In this document: positions 11,823-23,500 of the stretch, piece by piece
Layout of the letters: the number at the start of each line of letters is the position of its first letter
How positions within the stretch are numbered: the stretch's first letter is position 1
Source of the DNA: Camelus dromedarius
Taxonomy: Eukaryota
Reading direction: 5' to 3'
Length of the DNA stretch: 64,000 nt
Assembly (NCBI RefSeq): GCF_036321535.1
Contig: NC_087438.1
Coordinates: 5,706,001-5,770,000, forward strand
Notes under the pieces: generated by a model
The model's input: the letters and a program-made list of their open reading frames with translations, nothing else
What the model was told of the DNA's origin: nothing
Database searches by the model: none
Position numbers and translations under genes: made by a program

Positions 11823-12719
11823 TGTTACGTAGGACAACACGTTGTTTGGTTGGTAGAGCACATCACACAGATGCTCGGAGAGAGGAAAGGCAGAATTCTT
11901 ATTACTTTCAGCTCCAAATGAGAGAAGGCTGCCACGGGGGTGCTGACTGAGAAAACAAAAAAGCACAACCTCAAAACTGAGAATTATGTTTCATTTGGAG
12001 GACTTACGCCCAGGAGGCAGCCTTTCAGATAGCTCTGAGGGACCGTTCTGAAGAGGTAAGGGAGGAGCCAGGACAAATAGGAGTTCTTGCAAAAACACCC
12101 AGGTAGTCAGAACTTCGAAAGATTACTGCTAATTAAAGAAAACCAGTCATCTCAAGTTAATAAATTAGCACTTTTCTATGTATGGGAAGACGCAGGATCC
12201 TGAGCTCATTGAAATCGTCCCTTTGATGTTCACCTTAATTGTTTAGGGCCAGTAGCCTGCTCTTTCCCGTCCTGAATCCCCTCAGGGTGCACAGCAGGGG
12301 GCAGCGGTGTGACTGATGGTTTGAGCACGCAGCATCCTTTGTTTACAGATGTGCTAGGCAACATTCTTCATCCACAGGGGCCGCACCTGGGGACAGGATA
12401 CCAGCAACCTGGAGAGGTCAAGACTTGCTTGGTATGATGAGTAGGATGGGCGTAATCTGGTTTTACAGCTGTCCGTGAATTAGTTAACTTGACTAAATCC
12501 TTGGGTCCCAGGCACAGGGCTGATCTTGGTTGATTGGTATCTGTCCCAGGGCAGGCAGGGCGGCTGCATCGTGAGCTGGATTGTCAGAGTCCCACAAGTG
12601 AAGTGGTTGGGCGTGGACTTTATCAGCTGCTTGAGAAGAGGAACTGACAGGCCTCTTGCCAGGGGCTCAAAACTGGTCCAGACTACCTTTGAAAAAACCC
12701 CACAACACCCTATGTTACA
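11823..12719 (-). mobile_element. ERVL solo LTR of the MER73/MER54/MER74/LTR53 group, split by a nested LTR at 11941-12376
   Basis: The reverse complement starts TGTAAC and contains 'GAGGCCTGTCAGTTCCTCTTCTCAAGCAGCTGATAAAGTCCACGCCCAACCACTTC', similar to the recalled MER73/54/74 LTR core. Exact subfamily uncertain. Confidence 0.65.
11941..12376 (-). mobile_element. ERV1 solo LTR, MER41-like (laurasiatherian type), with 4-bp TSD GGGG
   Basis: TG...CA termini flanked by GGGG at 11937-11940 and 12377-12380. Internal motifs 'GCACAACCT', 'TCAGATAGCTCTGAGGGAC', 'TTTTCTATGTATGGGAAGA' and 'CATCCTTTGTTTAC' resemble recalled MER41-related LTRs. Confidence 0.8.
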
Positions 12720-13554
12720 ATAATGTAATAATGCGTCTTCACATGAGTGTCAGATGGCACCAAATGGCCCCAGAGCCACTCCAGAGCCTGGATACCAGAG
12801 CCTGGGTACGTCTCTAACACCACTGAGTCTTTGTGTCTTTTTGTGTCACGTGGAAACGCATGACTTACAATATTTCAGTGACTGGGTCGAGAAAGAACTT
12901 AATCACAGGTGCTCTTTGAAGACATTTTGAACATTGTTACTGGCAGAAAAACCAAAGTCATGTTCAAAGTTGGGACCAGACGAACAGAATACACTGAGTT
13001 CTGCATGTTCCAAAGGCATCTGTTGACTAATTGCTGCTGTGACCCAGTCAGGATTGGAAGAAGTGAGAATTGAAATGGCTCCTTTAAAGTCACTGACTGT
13101 TGAGTGCCACTGACACCAAATGCCACGAGGCACAAGCCAGAATTCGACAGTCCATGTGTTTGGGGCAGACGGTGCCTGGCAGTGGGATCCCGGGGGTCGG
13201 TGTTACCACCCTGTTTGGCACCTGCTCCAACTCCCGTGTCAGAACTTTGAATTTATCAGCTGTCTATAAACTCAGCAGGATTTTGTGTAAAACTTGATTG
13301 TTATTAGCAGCGTAATGGCACCACAGATTTGATATTATTTAGTTAATATTAAATACCATTCACTTTTTTAAAGTGTGCATTTAATTAGAGACATGAAAGT
13401 ATTAGTTTTTTTCTGATGGAAATCTTATAACTTTTCTCATATTAGTCTTTGGGAAACTACATATCATCTTTCAGACTTCATTACACTTCATACCACGTGT
13501 CACACCAAATAAATATAGGTTTGTTTAAGAAGGAATGATACTTTTATGATATTC

Positions 13555-13660
13555 ATGTGAATATATGTTATATATATGGTGTGTACACACATACATGTAT
13601 GCCCATATGTACGTATATATGGTACACACACGAACACGCAGTAACACACACACATATGAG
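13555..13660. repeat. Degenerate (TA/CA)n low-complexity repeat
   Basis: Alternating purine-pyrimidine runs visible directly. Confidence 0.7.
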
Positions 13661-14399
13661 TTCTGTCATTGAGACAGAATGACATTAACTCCTCTGGACC
13701 TAATGCTTTTCTTTTCTAATGGAAGAGGTTGAACTAGATATGAGATTTTATTTAGCTTTTATAGACTTGGTTATGTTAAAAGGGAAAAAAAAGACAAAGA
13801 GGAAAGGCATTTAATACCTGATGGTTACAGAGTATCTGTAACATTTATTACATTTTAATTTGCTCAAAGAATGAGACAGTATTTGATCTCACATTCTTGC
13901 TAATTTCTTCAGCTCCCATAATTTAATATGTTAGCATAAAATGAGGTGGGAAAGCTGGCTAACCTCCCTTTACTTGTAACACACCTTGAGGAAATTTTTG
14001 ATTAATCTCCAAGCCCCCAGGGCAGTGATAATAATAAATGATGAGAGTACATGGGAGAATGACAGATTCATTTGTGGTCTACTAGTCCTAACCCCAGTGG
14101 AAAAAAAAATAAAAAAAGGGTTGATGCACTAATTTTAAAACAATCCCTAAAGTGCCAGAATCTCTTAAGCCTTACACTGTTTGATTTATCTTTAAAATCT
14201 TTTTCCAATTAAATATACTGATACTTGGAATTAAATAAAAGCCTTGGAGAGTAGGTGGTAATTTTGCTTTGCACATAATTTAAAATGCAGACATCTCAGA
14301 CCAACCAGTGGCAACTGAAGACTTCCTGAGATCAAACACTCATTATTTGAAAGTGATGTAATTCCACAAAGCTCTTGTAAAGGCTCAAGAACAATTACA

Positions 14400-15085
14400 A
14401 TCAAGCTATTATCAAAAAGACAAGAGATAAAATATGTTGGCAAAAATGTGGAGAAAAGGGAACCCTTGTGCACTGCTGGTGGGAATGTAAATTGTTGAAG
14501 CCACTATGGAAAACTGAATGGCAATTCCTCAAAAAAATAAAAATGGAACTACCATATAAGCCAGGAAGTCCACCTCTGGGTCTATATCCCAGGGAATCAA
14601 AATCAGGATCTTGAAGAAGTGTCTGCATGCCTGTGCTCATTGCAGTGTCATTAGTCAAGGTATGGACACAACTTAAATGTCCTTCAGTGGACATAAAGGA
14701 AATACACACAATGGAATATTATTCAGCCATAAAAAGAAGGAAATCTTGCCATTTGTGATGACACGGATGAACCTGGGGGGCATTATGCTAAGTGAAATAA
14801 GCCAGACAGAGAAAAACAAATACTAAATGGTATCATTTATATGTGGAAATTTTAAAAAAGCTGATTTTATAGACACAGAGACTGCAGTAACAGAATGGTG
14901 GTTCTAACAGGGACCGGGAGGAGGGGAAAATGAAGTGATGCAGGTCACAAGATACACATTTTCAGTCATAAGAGTAAGTCCTGAGGCTCTAACGTGCAGC
15001 ACGGTGACTATAGTTAGTAACACAAAATCAGTGTTATGTGTGTAGTTGAACGTTGCTGAGAGACTAGATCTTAAGAATTCTCACT
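14400..15085 (+). mobile_element. LINE-1 3' fragment, L1MA9-like, truncated at an internal A-rich tract
   Basis: 'GTGGAGAAAAGGGAACCCTTGTGCACTGCTGGTGGGAATGTAAATTG', 'CATTATGCTAAGTGAAATAAGCCAGACAGAGAAA' and 'GGTGACTATAGTTAGTAAC...GCTGAGAGACTAGATCTTAAG'. Confidence 0.88.
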
Positions 15086-15233
15086 AAAAAGAAGGAGAAA
15101 GAAGGATAAGAAGAGGAAGCAGCAGCAGCAGCAGCAGAAGAAGAAGAAGGAGGAGGAGGAGGGGGGAGGAGGAGGGGGAGGAGGGGGAGGGGGAGGAGGA
15201 GGAGGGGGAGGGGGAGGAGAAAGGGGAGGAGGA
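15086..15233 (+). repeat. Compound purine-rich microsatellite: (AGC)6, (AGA)n, (AGG)n, (GGGGGA)n
   Basis: Read directly from the sequence. Confidence 0.92.
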
Positions 15234-18200
15234 CTTAATTAAGAAATACAGACTTGAGACCAGACATATACAGTGAAGCGCACAGAGGGCGTCTCTCTCT
15301 GGGGAGATTTCAAAGTGGCCTGTACAAAGACAGTGAGTCAGAATCCCCATCTTAATCTACCAGCCCATAGAAATGGTCCTTCCATGAACACGAATATCAG
15401 AGCTTAAAATTTGAGTTTGCACAGCGGTCTCCTAATGGCTTTTATCATTATAAATCTACATCTTTATGAAATACTCTTTAGCCCCCAGAAGAGATTTACA
15501 ACTCAAACGTTATTTTGAAGTAAACCATTCTGGTGGGCCAGCAAGCCCGTGCCTCTTAGAGACTCTATCTACTATCAAATCCAGCTGTGCCAGAACAGCC
15601 AAAAAGTGTACCTGCTTCTCCAGAAAAGCAGCCACGTTTATGCACCTTTCACATGCCCAGGAATAGCCCAGGGCCTGGTGCAGGGCTGGGCGGGTGATGC
15701 ACAGATCTCTGTGTGACGGCGGTGCTTGAGGACGAAGCATTGTGCTTCATACCTTTGTTGTACCTCCTCTGCATCCAGGAAAGTACCGAACACCTACATG
15801 GCTCGCAGGAAATGCGATGGCCAATTGCTGGATTTGTACATTTTTCTTAAATTATGATTTTTGCTCACTGATGTGCAAAGAAGACACAGTATATATCATC
15901 CACTTTCCAGCTGCTCATCACGCTCTACTTGTGCTTCCAGGTAGAGAAGCCCGGTGCTCCTGTCTCGGTTTCTTAAGAGTGACGTATGTCATACATCATC
16001 TCATGTCCCAAAGCAAGAGTGCGGACAGTTACTCAACAGATCAACCTTGTGCCATTTCCAGATGCAAGAGGATCTCCACGAGGTGTGTTTTGAATGTCAA
16101 TCATTATAATACCTGATTCATTTTGTTGATTAAGAAAATGAAAAAATTAAGGTGGAATATCTCCTGAAAATTTGAGATGGATAAGGCTTTAGAATTCAGA
16201 TTATAACATTATTATAAAATATAAAGCTGTATTTTTCAGCAATTTTGAAGCATCAGGGTTAGGCTAACCAAAAATCAAACCAAACCAACCAACCGACTAA
16301 CCAAACAAACAAAAATCCAGGCCACACTTCAAGCAAAAGTGAGTAAATTCTCTTACGTCTAAAACAGAAAGGCCTAGCTCTCTATTCCCAAACCACCTCC
16401 TCAGAGTAGAAGAAGCATAAGGTAATTTTCAAGGGAGGATTTTTTTCCCTGATGACATGATTAACAAATGCTCATTGGACAGGGATCGTGTTTGGCTTTA
16501 GCAAATGTGCGTTTCCAGAAGTCCGCGCTTTGACTGCTTTGATGTGCAGTCTAGCGCACGTTTTCTAATAAAATAGGACATAAAGGTAAGAAGGGATTCT
16601 GACGAAATGTGAGGTGGATATACCATTAAGTGTTAGTCACCAGGGAATTTTAATCACGGTGCAGAAATTACATTTAATTATGCATGATATGATGGAGCAC
16701 TCCACATTCCCTGACTGTCCGCAGGGAGCGAGAATGGTCTACAAAATTCATAGAAGAGGCGGAAGATTTTCGATGACCCGCAGAAACGCCTTCCCCTGAG
16801 CTCCTGGAGACTCACCGGAGGAGGATTCGCAGGAGGTGGCAGGTGGAGGCTGTGGCCGTGGAGCTCAGCAGGGTTAAGTGAGTCCAGGGGAAACCGGTCC
16901 CATGACCTAAACCGCTTGCTAACACGCCCCTCATAGGCCGAGTCTCGGTTTCAATCACGTTCACAGCTCCAGAGAATTGTCAGTGCCTGCTAGTAAATAA
17001 ATGCTCAGTTAGAGCTGGTATAACCTCAGTTTGTTAGTGACATAGTGTGGCCGGTATGGGACATGTGCATACTGCCCTTCAAACCCACGCTTTGAAATTA
17101 GTTTTGGAATCAGAGAAAATCAGAGTAGAGGATCCAAGGAAAGATCAGAGTGAAAAGAATCACCATGTCTCTGTTGTAGTGAAAATGAATTCTCTCCCAT
17201 GTAGAGGAGAAGACAGTGTGAAGGCATTCCTGAGTAATTAATCATCCCCCTTAACACACAGGAGTCTGGGGCTTCTCAGACAAAGACTGCAACTCAAGTT
17301 AAAACACTAGAATCCTCTTCCAGTTTCCCCAAACATCTGTAGACGTTAGAAAATGATACACCATCACCTGAATCTTAAGAGAGCTATGTCATGAGGATTT
17401 ATTTTCTGTCCAGCCTGATTTTCATTCCGCCTTTGTCTGGTAAAATGCTTCAGTTTTTGTATGAGAAACAAGCCTTTCTTAGGGTGATCAGCTGTCCCCA
17501 CTTTTCATGGGAGTTTCCCAGGATGCAAGCCTTTTGGTGATAAAATTAGGAAGCTGCAGGCGCATCAGGAAGAGTCGGTGATTCTCCTTCCTCCAGACGA
17601 TGTATAACAAGAAAATTCATCAGATTGCTCCATCCTCCCCGATTCAGAGGGCAGCATGTAACCCAAACTGGGCTAATCACAATCTCCCTCTCCTGGAACT
17701 TGACTTCTGATTGGGAGACAGAGTCAAAGGTAAAAACACATGGAACTCTGCACCCCGAATGCACTGCTCATTGTGTCTCACCTCGCAGGACCTCTCTGGT
17801 CTCTGGCTCTTGTCCTTCTGAGGTCTGATTGCTCTCCTTTCCTGGGTGACCAGGGCATGGCGACAAAGTCGTCACGGTTTGCTTCTTATCTTTTCCTAAT
17901 TGAAGATGGTAATTTTCCCTCACGCTCTTCAAGCTTCTAGAGAGAGTTTTGGTGTGGTTTTAGTGATAAGACTCAAAAACCAATTAGCAAATAATGCAAA
18001 TCAACTGTAAAATAATCCAAGCCAACCCACCGCTCATCTGCGTGGATGACAGCAAGTCTAGAGGAACCACGGCCGGCAAAGGGCCACGTGCAGGAGATGG
18101 TTTGCGGGACCACACAGCACAGCCAGGAATCATTTAACTGGTAGGAAGCATCTAAGGAATTTGAAAACGTATTTCCGAAGCATGAGCTGCCGGGAGGCCC

Positions 18201-18438
18201 AGGGCTGAGTGAAAATGGGAAGCATCTATTCACTGATGTCGTAGGAAAGCCCCAGCTGGCTGAGCACGCGCTCTCGCGTAGTGACTGCAGCTACGCCTTC
18301 AGCACGAACAGTTGCTCTGCTCGTGTGGAGACACGATGGGGGAAAACTGACACCCGAGGGTCTGGTTTGTTGTGACATCGAGGGCAGCCCAACCAGAGAA
18401 GGATCATCCTTCCAACGTAACATCTGGGTCTTCACAAG

Positions 18439-18817
18439 CGGGGAAGTAGGTGAAGACCCCCCACCCCAAACCAGAACAGACACGAGGAGAGTCGGCCGCT
18501 GTCACTGTGACTGGCAGAGACTCCGAGGCAGGCAGGACAGAGTAAAAGCTTTACAGTAAGAACGGAGAGGCTTCAGATGTGCCCTGATCCGGGGAAGCTG
18601 AGGCCAGCGAGCTAGAAGCGGGCCGTCCGACGTGATGGGGAACACATATGGCTTCCTTGGTTGATCCCGAGTTGGAAGCAGGGAGTTAAAAATTAGAGAA
18701 GCTGCCAGTTATTGACACAGTCCTGACTGCCCTGGGCTGGTGGCTGCAGAGGTCTGAGGCCGGGTTCTGCTTTCCAGCATGGTCTGGCCATGGTCCATTT
18801 GGGTATGCAGTTTCTCA
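18439..18817 (-). mobile_element. MER90a-like ERV1 solo LTR
   Basis: The reverse complement 'TGAGAAACTGCATACCCAAATGGACCATGGCCAGACCAT...CAGCTTCTCTAATTTTT...GCTTCCAACT...CTTCTAG...CAGGGCACATCTGAAGCC...TAAAGCTTT' follows the recalled MER90a consensus. Confidence 0.82.
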
Positions 18818-19084
18818 AGAGGAATCAGTCAAATCCGTCAGCATTCTTTCATAAAATATGAATGATGCCCCAGGGACTACCCACTCGGTGTGCACACAGT
18901 TTCCCATAAGGGACTGAAGGCTGATTCCCAGTCTGGTCTGGACTGGGAAAGTGGCCGTGATGGTCTCCTAGCTTATGAGTTGGACATGGACGCAAGCCCA
19001 GCTCTGATGGGTCAGACGTTTGGTTCCCCCTCGCGGGCTCAGGTGCCTCACGTGTGGCCGTGCGTGTTGAATACAGTTGTGTTA

Positions 19085-19200
19085 TTATCAATAGCTGCAT
19101 TATTGTGCAAATGTAGGAACCTAGGCTTAAAAGAATGAAAGGCTTTGCTGCAGGCCTGAGACTGGAAAGAGGTGGTCTGACGTCCAGGTCTACCTGCGGG
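19085..19200 (-). mobile_element. MIR SINE fragment
   Basis: Degenerate MIR core 'ATTGTGCAAATGTAGGAACCTAGGCTTAAAAGA...GCTTTGCTGCAGG'. Confidence 0.5.
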
Positions 19201-20109
19201 CAGCGCCGTTCCCTCCCGCAGGTGTGGGACCATAAGAGCGGAGGCGGGGGCGTGCCCTGTGGAGATGGAGGCCCGGCCGACGTGCCCACTGCTGTTGGGC
19301 AGCCCAGTCAGTGGGGTCAGCGCGGCGTTAAGGAGGGTGCAAAGTGCATAGACCACTTACACGATTCAAAAATAAAATAAAATCTTTGGACCTGTGCTGA
19401 GTGCTGCTCTGTGCTAAGTGAGGGAATAAGAGAAGATTTGCAGTTAAGAAGCGGTTTTAACCCCACTCAAACTTCTGTACGTGGTTCCTTGTCACTCCTG
19501 CAGGCTTGATCTAGGCATAAGAGTTTACTTACTTTCAAAGCTGTAGTAAATATTATTGAAGTATGTAGGGTAAATTTCTTTGAAGATAATTTACATCCAG
19601 AAAAAGAGACTGACAGCACACCATGTAACTCCAGTAAGCCGCTGTGGGAACACCAGAAATCAAACTTCTCCCAACCAGAAGGACAGAAGCTGTTCTCCTG
19701 GGCTGAGTCCCCAGCAGAGCTCCTAGGAGGCAGCTCCATCCCTCTGGGGGACAGTGGCTTGTGGGAGGAAGTGCTGGTCTCTGGTGACCTGTCCGCACAT
19801 GCAGTGGGACAAACCAGGGTATGTCCATGTGGTAGCTCTAGGGAAGGAAGCACGATGACCCCGCCTCAAACCAGGCCGTGGGCATGGTGCTCAGGGTGGG
19901 AGGGACCGCGTCTCGATGACCCCAGAGCCTGCTCCGCAGCAGCGAGACAGAAGGGAGGGCCCTGGGTCCACTCATCACAATCTCTGAGGGCTTCCAGCCC
20001 CCAGACAACCTTGCCGTGCTCATCACAGGAAAGGCATGGCGTAAAGAGACCTCTCAGGGCGAGAACTGGCCAGAGCCCAAGAAGGGGGCCTGGCGGTTAC
20101 CTCTGGTTT

Positions 20110-20250
20110 GCTACAGACCACGCACCATGATGAACGTTTTATGTGCATGGACTCTCACCACCTTATGGCGTAGGTGTCACCAATTCCATTTTCCAAAGGA
20201 GGATGCTGAGGAATCAGATTATGGAGATTTCCCTAATTTAAGTCGCTATT
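20110..20250 (-). mobile_element. MIR SINE fragment
   Basis: 'CCATTTTCCAAAGGAGGATGCTGAGGAATCAGA' matches the MIR core. Confidence 0.6.
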
Positions 20251-20394
20251 AAAAAAGAGAAAGCAATACCATTAAAAGTTGTAAGAACAAAACGGGAACA
20301 AAATAGTTAAAGAGAACAAAATTCAGTACTTCTTGTAACGAATCTGAAAATCTCTAAGAAATGCATTTTATAGGGATTTAAATACACATTAAAT

Positions 20395-20463
20395 TACATA
20401 CACAGACATACCTATACCACGAATATGCACACATTATACACAAACACACACACACACACACAC
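20395..20463. repeat. (CA)n microsatellite with degenerate flank
   Basis: Pure CA run at about 20444-20463. Confidence 0.85.
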
Positions 20464-20944
20464 TCATTCAATTCTGTGAAAGTCTGAATGACTTCTCAGT
20501 AGCCCTGGAAGGAATTTCAGAGGTTATCAATATCACTTGTGACTACAGATTCCCAATTCATAAATAAAATACTGTCAGATCTAATTTGAGAGTCTGATGT
20601 AATTAATGAGAATGATGGGATTACGATGCAGAGATAGCTCACAATTGGAAAAATTCATTAATATAATTCATCTAGTTAATGGATCTTACCCACAATGGTT
20701 CCTTAACGGAACACTTGCCATGCACAAGGCTGTTTCAACATCCGATTTATAGACAGTTTGTATCTTTGTTTTTTCACTAACAACGTTTGTTTAGATCTGT
20801 GTTTACTCACACCCTGTGTTCTCTAAGATAGAAATTGCTCATGGATTCTTTTCCAGGGTGACACTGCAGTGTACTTTACAATTAGAACTTCTGGTGGCTA
20901 AGTTCCTCAAAGAGTAGATTTGGCATACTTGCTTCTTTCAGAGC

Positions 20945-21110
20945 ATCATAAATAGAAAGTAAGAATTACCCTGATTCCACCTCCTAGATACAAGCAATCC
21001 TAATTTTTTTTCTATGCAGTCACATTCACAGTATTTCAAATGGGATTTCAGGTTTGCACTTTTCATGATGATAATCAACACCTATCCATGCCAAATATTA
21101 GAGAAATGTA
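20945..21110 (-). mobile_element. Old LINE-1 (L1ME-type) 3' fragment, antisense
   Basis: 'AATTACCCTGATTCCACCTCCTAGATA...AAATGGGAT...CTATCCATGCCAAATA' resembles the reverse complement of L1ME 3' ends. Highly decayed. Confidence 0.45.
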
Positions 21111-21489
21111 TGTACACAGTTAGCAAAATCAGTGTATAGAGGCCCCTCCCCAGGGGTGAGCCAAATAAGGAATTTGCAGAATGCGCCTTTAAATAAATGA
21201 ACTCCCCAAGGAAACACATGTTTTGGCTGAAAAATTATTAATTATCTGATCTGACACAATGCCAAAGAGGAGAACCCCAGAGATTTCTTTTTCTTTACTG
21301 ACACACGAAAATTAGGCTGGAGACGGCATATTCTGAAACATATCAATCACGTTAAGGAAGAGAAGCAACACGAAACTGGAATTCCACACACAGGCACAAT
21401 GTCGGTGCTTCACACACATTATCTAGTTTAAAGCAAGGAGGCAGTGTTTACCCAGCATGAATATTGAGCAGTATGTAAAGTGAAGCCAC

Positions 21490-21685
21490 TGTGGACTGTG
21501 GTCGGGAAGGACCAGCGTGGGAGAACGGAGATCCAGTTCTAGACTAAGACCTTAGACACTGGCGCTCCAGCTGCCTTCCGAAACACACTGAAATGGGGAG
21601 AGTAAAACACAGTCCCGCAACGGAGATGATGTATATAAAGCATTTGTCACAAACAAGACACTTCCTAAGTGGTAGACAGAACCAA
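21490..21685 (+). mobile_element. MIR SINE
   Basis: 'CTGAAATGGGGAGAGTAA...GATGATGTATATAAAGCATTTG' matches the MIR core and 3' part. Confidence 0.55.
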
Positions 21686-22489
21686 AATTATTAGCAGAGT
21701 CTGTACAGGAATTTCTGCCTGACAGTACTCTAAAGATGGAAGCAGACAGACGCCCACTATGAAATAAAAATTTTATTAGAAATTCCATTTGATGGTTATG
21801 ACCAAGAATAACTAATTTCAGAACTGATAATGATATTGTACTGGAAGAGGAGAAAATGTGAAATATGTTAGCTACATTTTCAAATATAATGAGATCTGAG
21901 AAACTTACTTGAAAATTCTTGTGATTCTAAAGACTGTTAGTCTTCTTATGACAGTGAATTCGGCAAGCTTCTAAGTGCATTTTTAACCTCATAGTAAAGT
22001 TGAACAGAGAATAAAAAGTACAATATCTACAGAAATAATTTTCTTTCAAGTAGTTGTGGGACTAGAACAAGAAAGTGTAATTACGTGCAATGGGTGATGT
22101 GTAACTTTAAAGAAGCCTGTGGAAATACTGTGTGACGTAATATGTTTTTCTATGGTGCAGACATACCACTTTGGCCAATTTATTCAGTCCTCCTACTCAT
22201 ATTTAAGTTTGGAACAAATGATGAAGAAACATATATCATTGGCATTAAGACCAAGCAATTTCAAAGACAAAGGTAAACCCATTCACTCTGCACAGAAATA
22301 CTTATGCAAGTATTACATGAATACAGTACCACAATCCAGGTGTTCTGAAATGCCAAGTTTCAAATTTTGCTCCTCTTAACCACACTATACCTTTTCAAAT
22401 ATTGATTGAGTGAGCTTCTGGTCTTTTCTATGAACGTGGTGAAGAATGTAGTGTATGTACAGCCTAGCATCAAGATACTGGTTTCTAAA

Positions 22490-22765
22490 AATTAATCTCT
22501 GGTAAATCTCTGCTAAAAGAAACCAGGGCTCCTCGGATAGACGGCTGATTCCAGGAAAAGCACAAGCTGAGTCTGGAACATCTTCTTAAACCAGAAGGTA
22601 AACAAGTCCTTAAAAGAGTCATAAGAACATATGAAAGGCAGCCAGGAACAAGCTGGAAGAGTTGCCTTGGGTCCAATCTGTGAAAATTTGAGCATCAAAA
22701 TAGTTATCATAATAGACAATGAGCCACTGTATAGAACAAAGATACATGAGCCTAATATAAACACC
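22490..22765 (+). mobile_element. LINE-1 3' UTR fragment (L1MC3-5-like)
   Basis: 'AAAAGAAACCAGGGCTCCT...GGCTGATTCCAGG...AAGCTGAGTCTGGAACATCTT...TTTGAGCATCAAAATA' is typical of L1MC 3' UTRs. Confidence 0.72.
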
Positions 22766-23244
22766 TGTTGAGAGCAGTGCCTGGTGATCAAAGGTGAAAT
22801 TTATCCATCAGGATCTTGGAAGGCCAAGGGCCGTCCTCTGTGTTCTCAGTGTCCCCAGGCTTCCTAGAGCCAGAGCCCAGCCAAGGACATACTTTATAAC
22901 TCCAAGTCCAGGGTTCTTTTTGCACTTCCTGATGACTACTTTTCTGTAACTGGTATTTTCAAAGGCTCGAAGCTTTCCATCTGTGAGGAAAGTGCCAAGT
23001 AAACCATGTTTTCTGTTTTGCTTTTGTTCTTGTTTTTTATTTTTTATTTTTTGCTGTTGGCATCAAAACATTTCATGTGCTGATAATTACCCTGGAATTA
23101 TCACTGAATGTACCCAGGGCCTAGGAGGGCCTTTCCAAATCTTTGAAGGTCATGTCGTTTTGGAGTGGGCTCGGCTCTTAGCAATGTGTTACCATCGTTT
23201 TAATCCCTTGGGATAGGACTGACTGCAGTACAATAGTCAACGTT

Positions 23245-23500
23245 TGCATTTTCTGTTCCTGAACTGGAAGACTTTTCCCTCAGCTTTTTACATAGCTGAC
23301 TTCACCTTTCAGACCAGCTTTAATGCCCCCTCCTCAGAGCCAAGACCTCTGTGATTAGGACTTTCTCAGTCACTCTTTCTTTTTTTGTCTGTTTCCTTCA
23401 GAAATCTCCCCACACCTGCAAAAACACTGTTTGCTCTCTGTTTACTTGTTTGTGACCTGCCCCCTCCTCTTACTGCCGTGAGGCAGGGACTCTGTTATTC
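23245..23500 (+). mobile_element. L2 fragment
   Basis: Pyrimidine-rich with L2 motifs ('CTGGAAGACTTTTCCC', 'CCTCCTCAGAG', 'CCGTGAGGCAGGGACT'). Confidence 0.6.

Noticed and set aside
12770..12809. Three copies of CCAGAGCC, considered as a regular spacer array
   Set aside because: Short slippage-type tandem duplication with no unique spacers. Not CRISPR-like, and this is mammalian DNA.
15084..15350. ORF with poly-Ser/Pro and poly-Leu resembling a signal or transmembrane peptide
   Set aside because: It is the antisense translation of the purine microsatellite.
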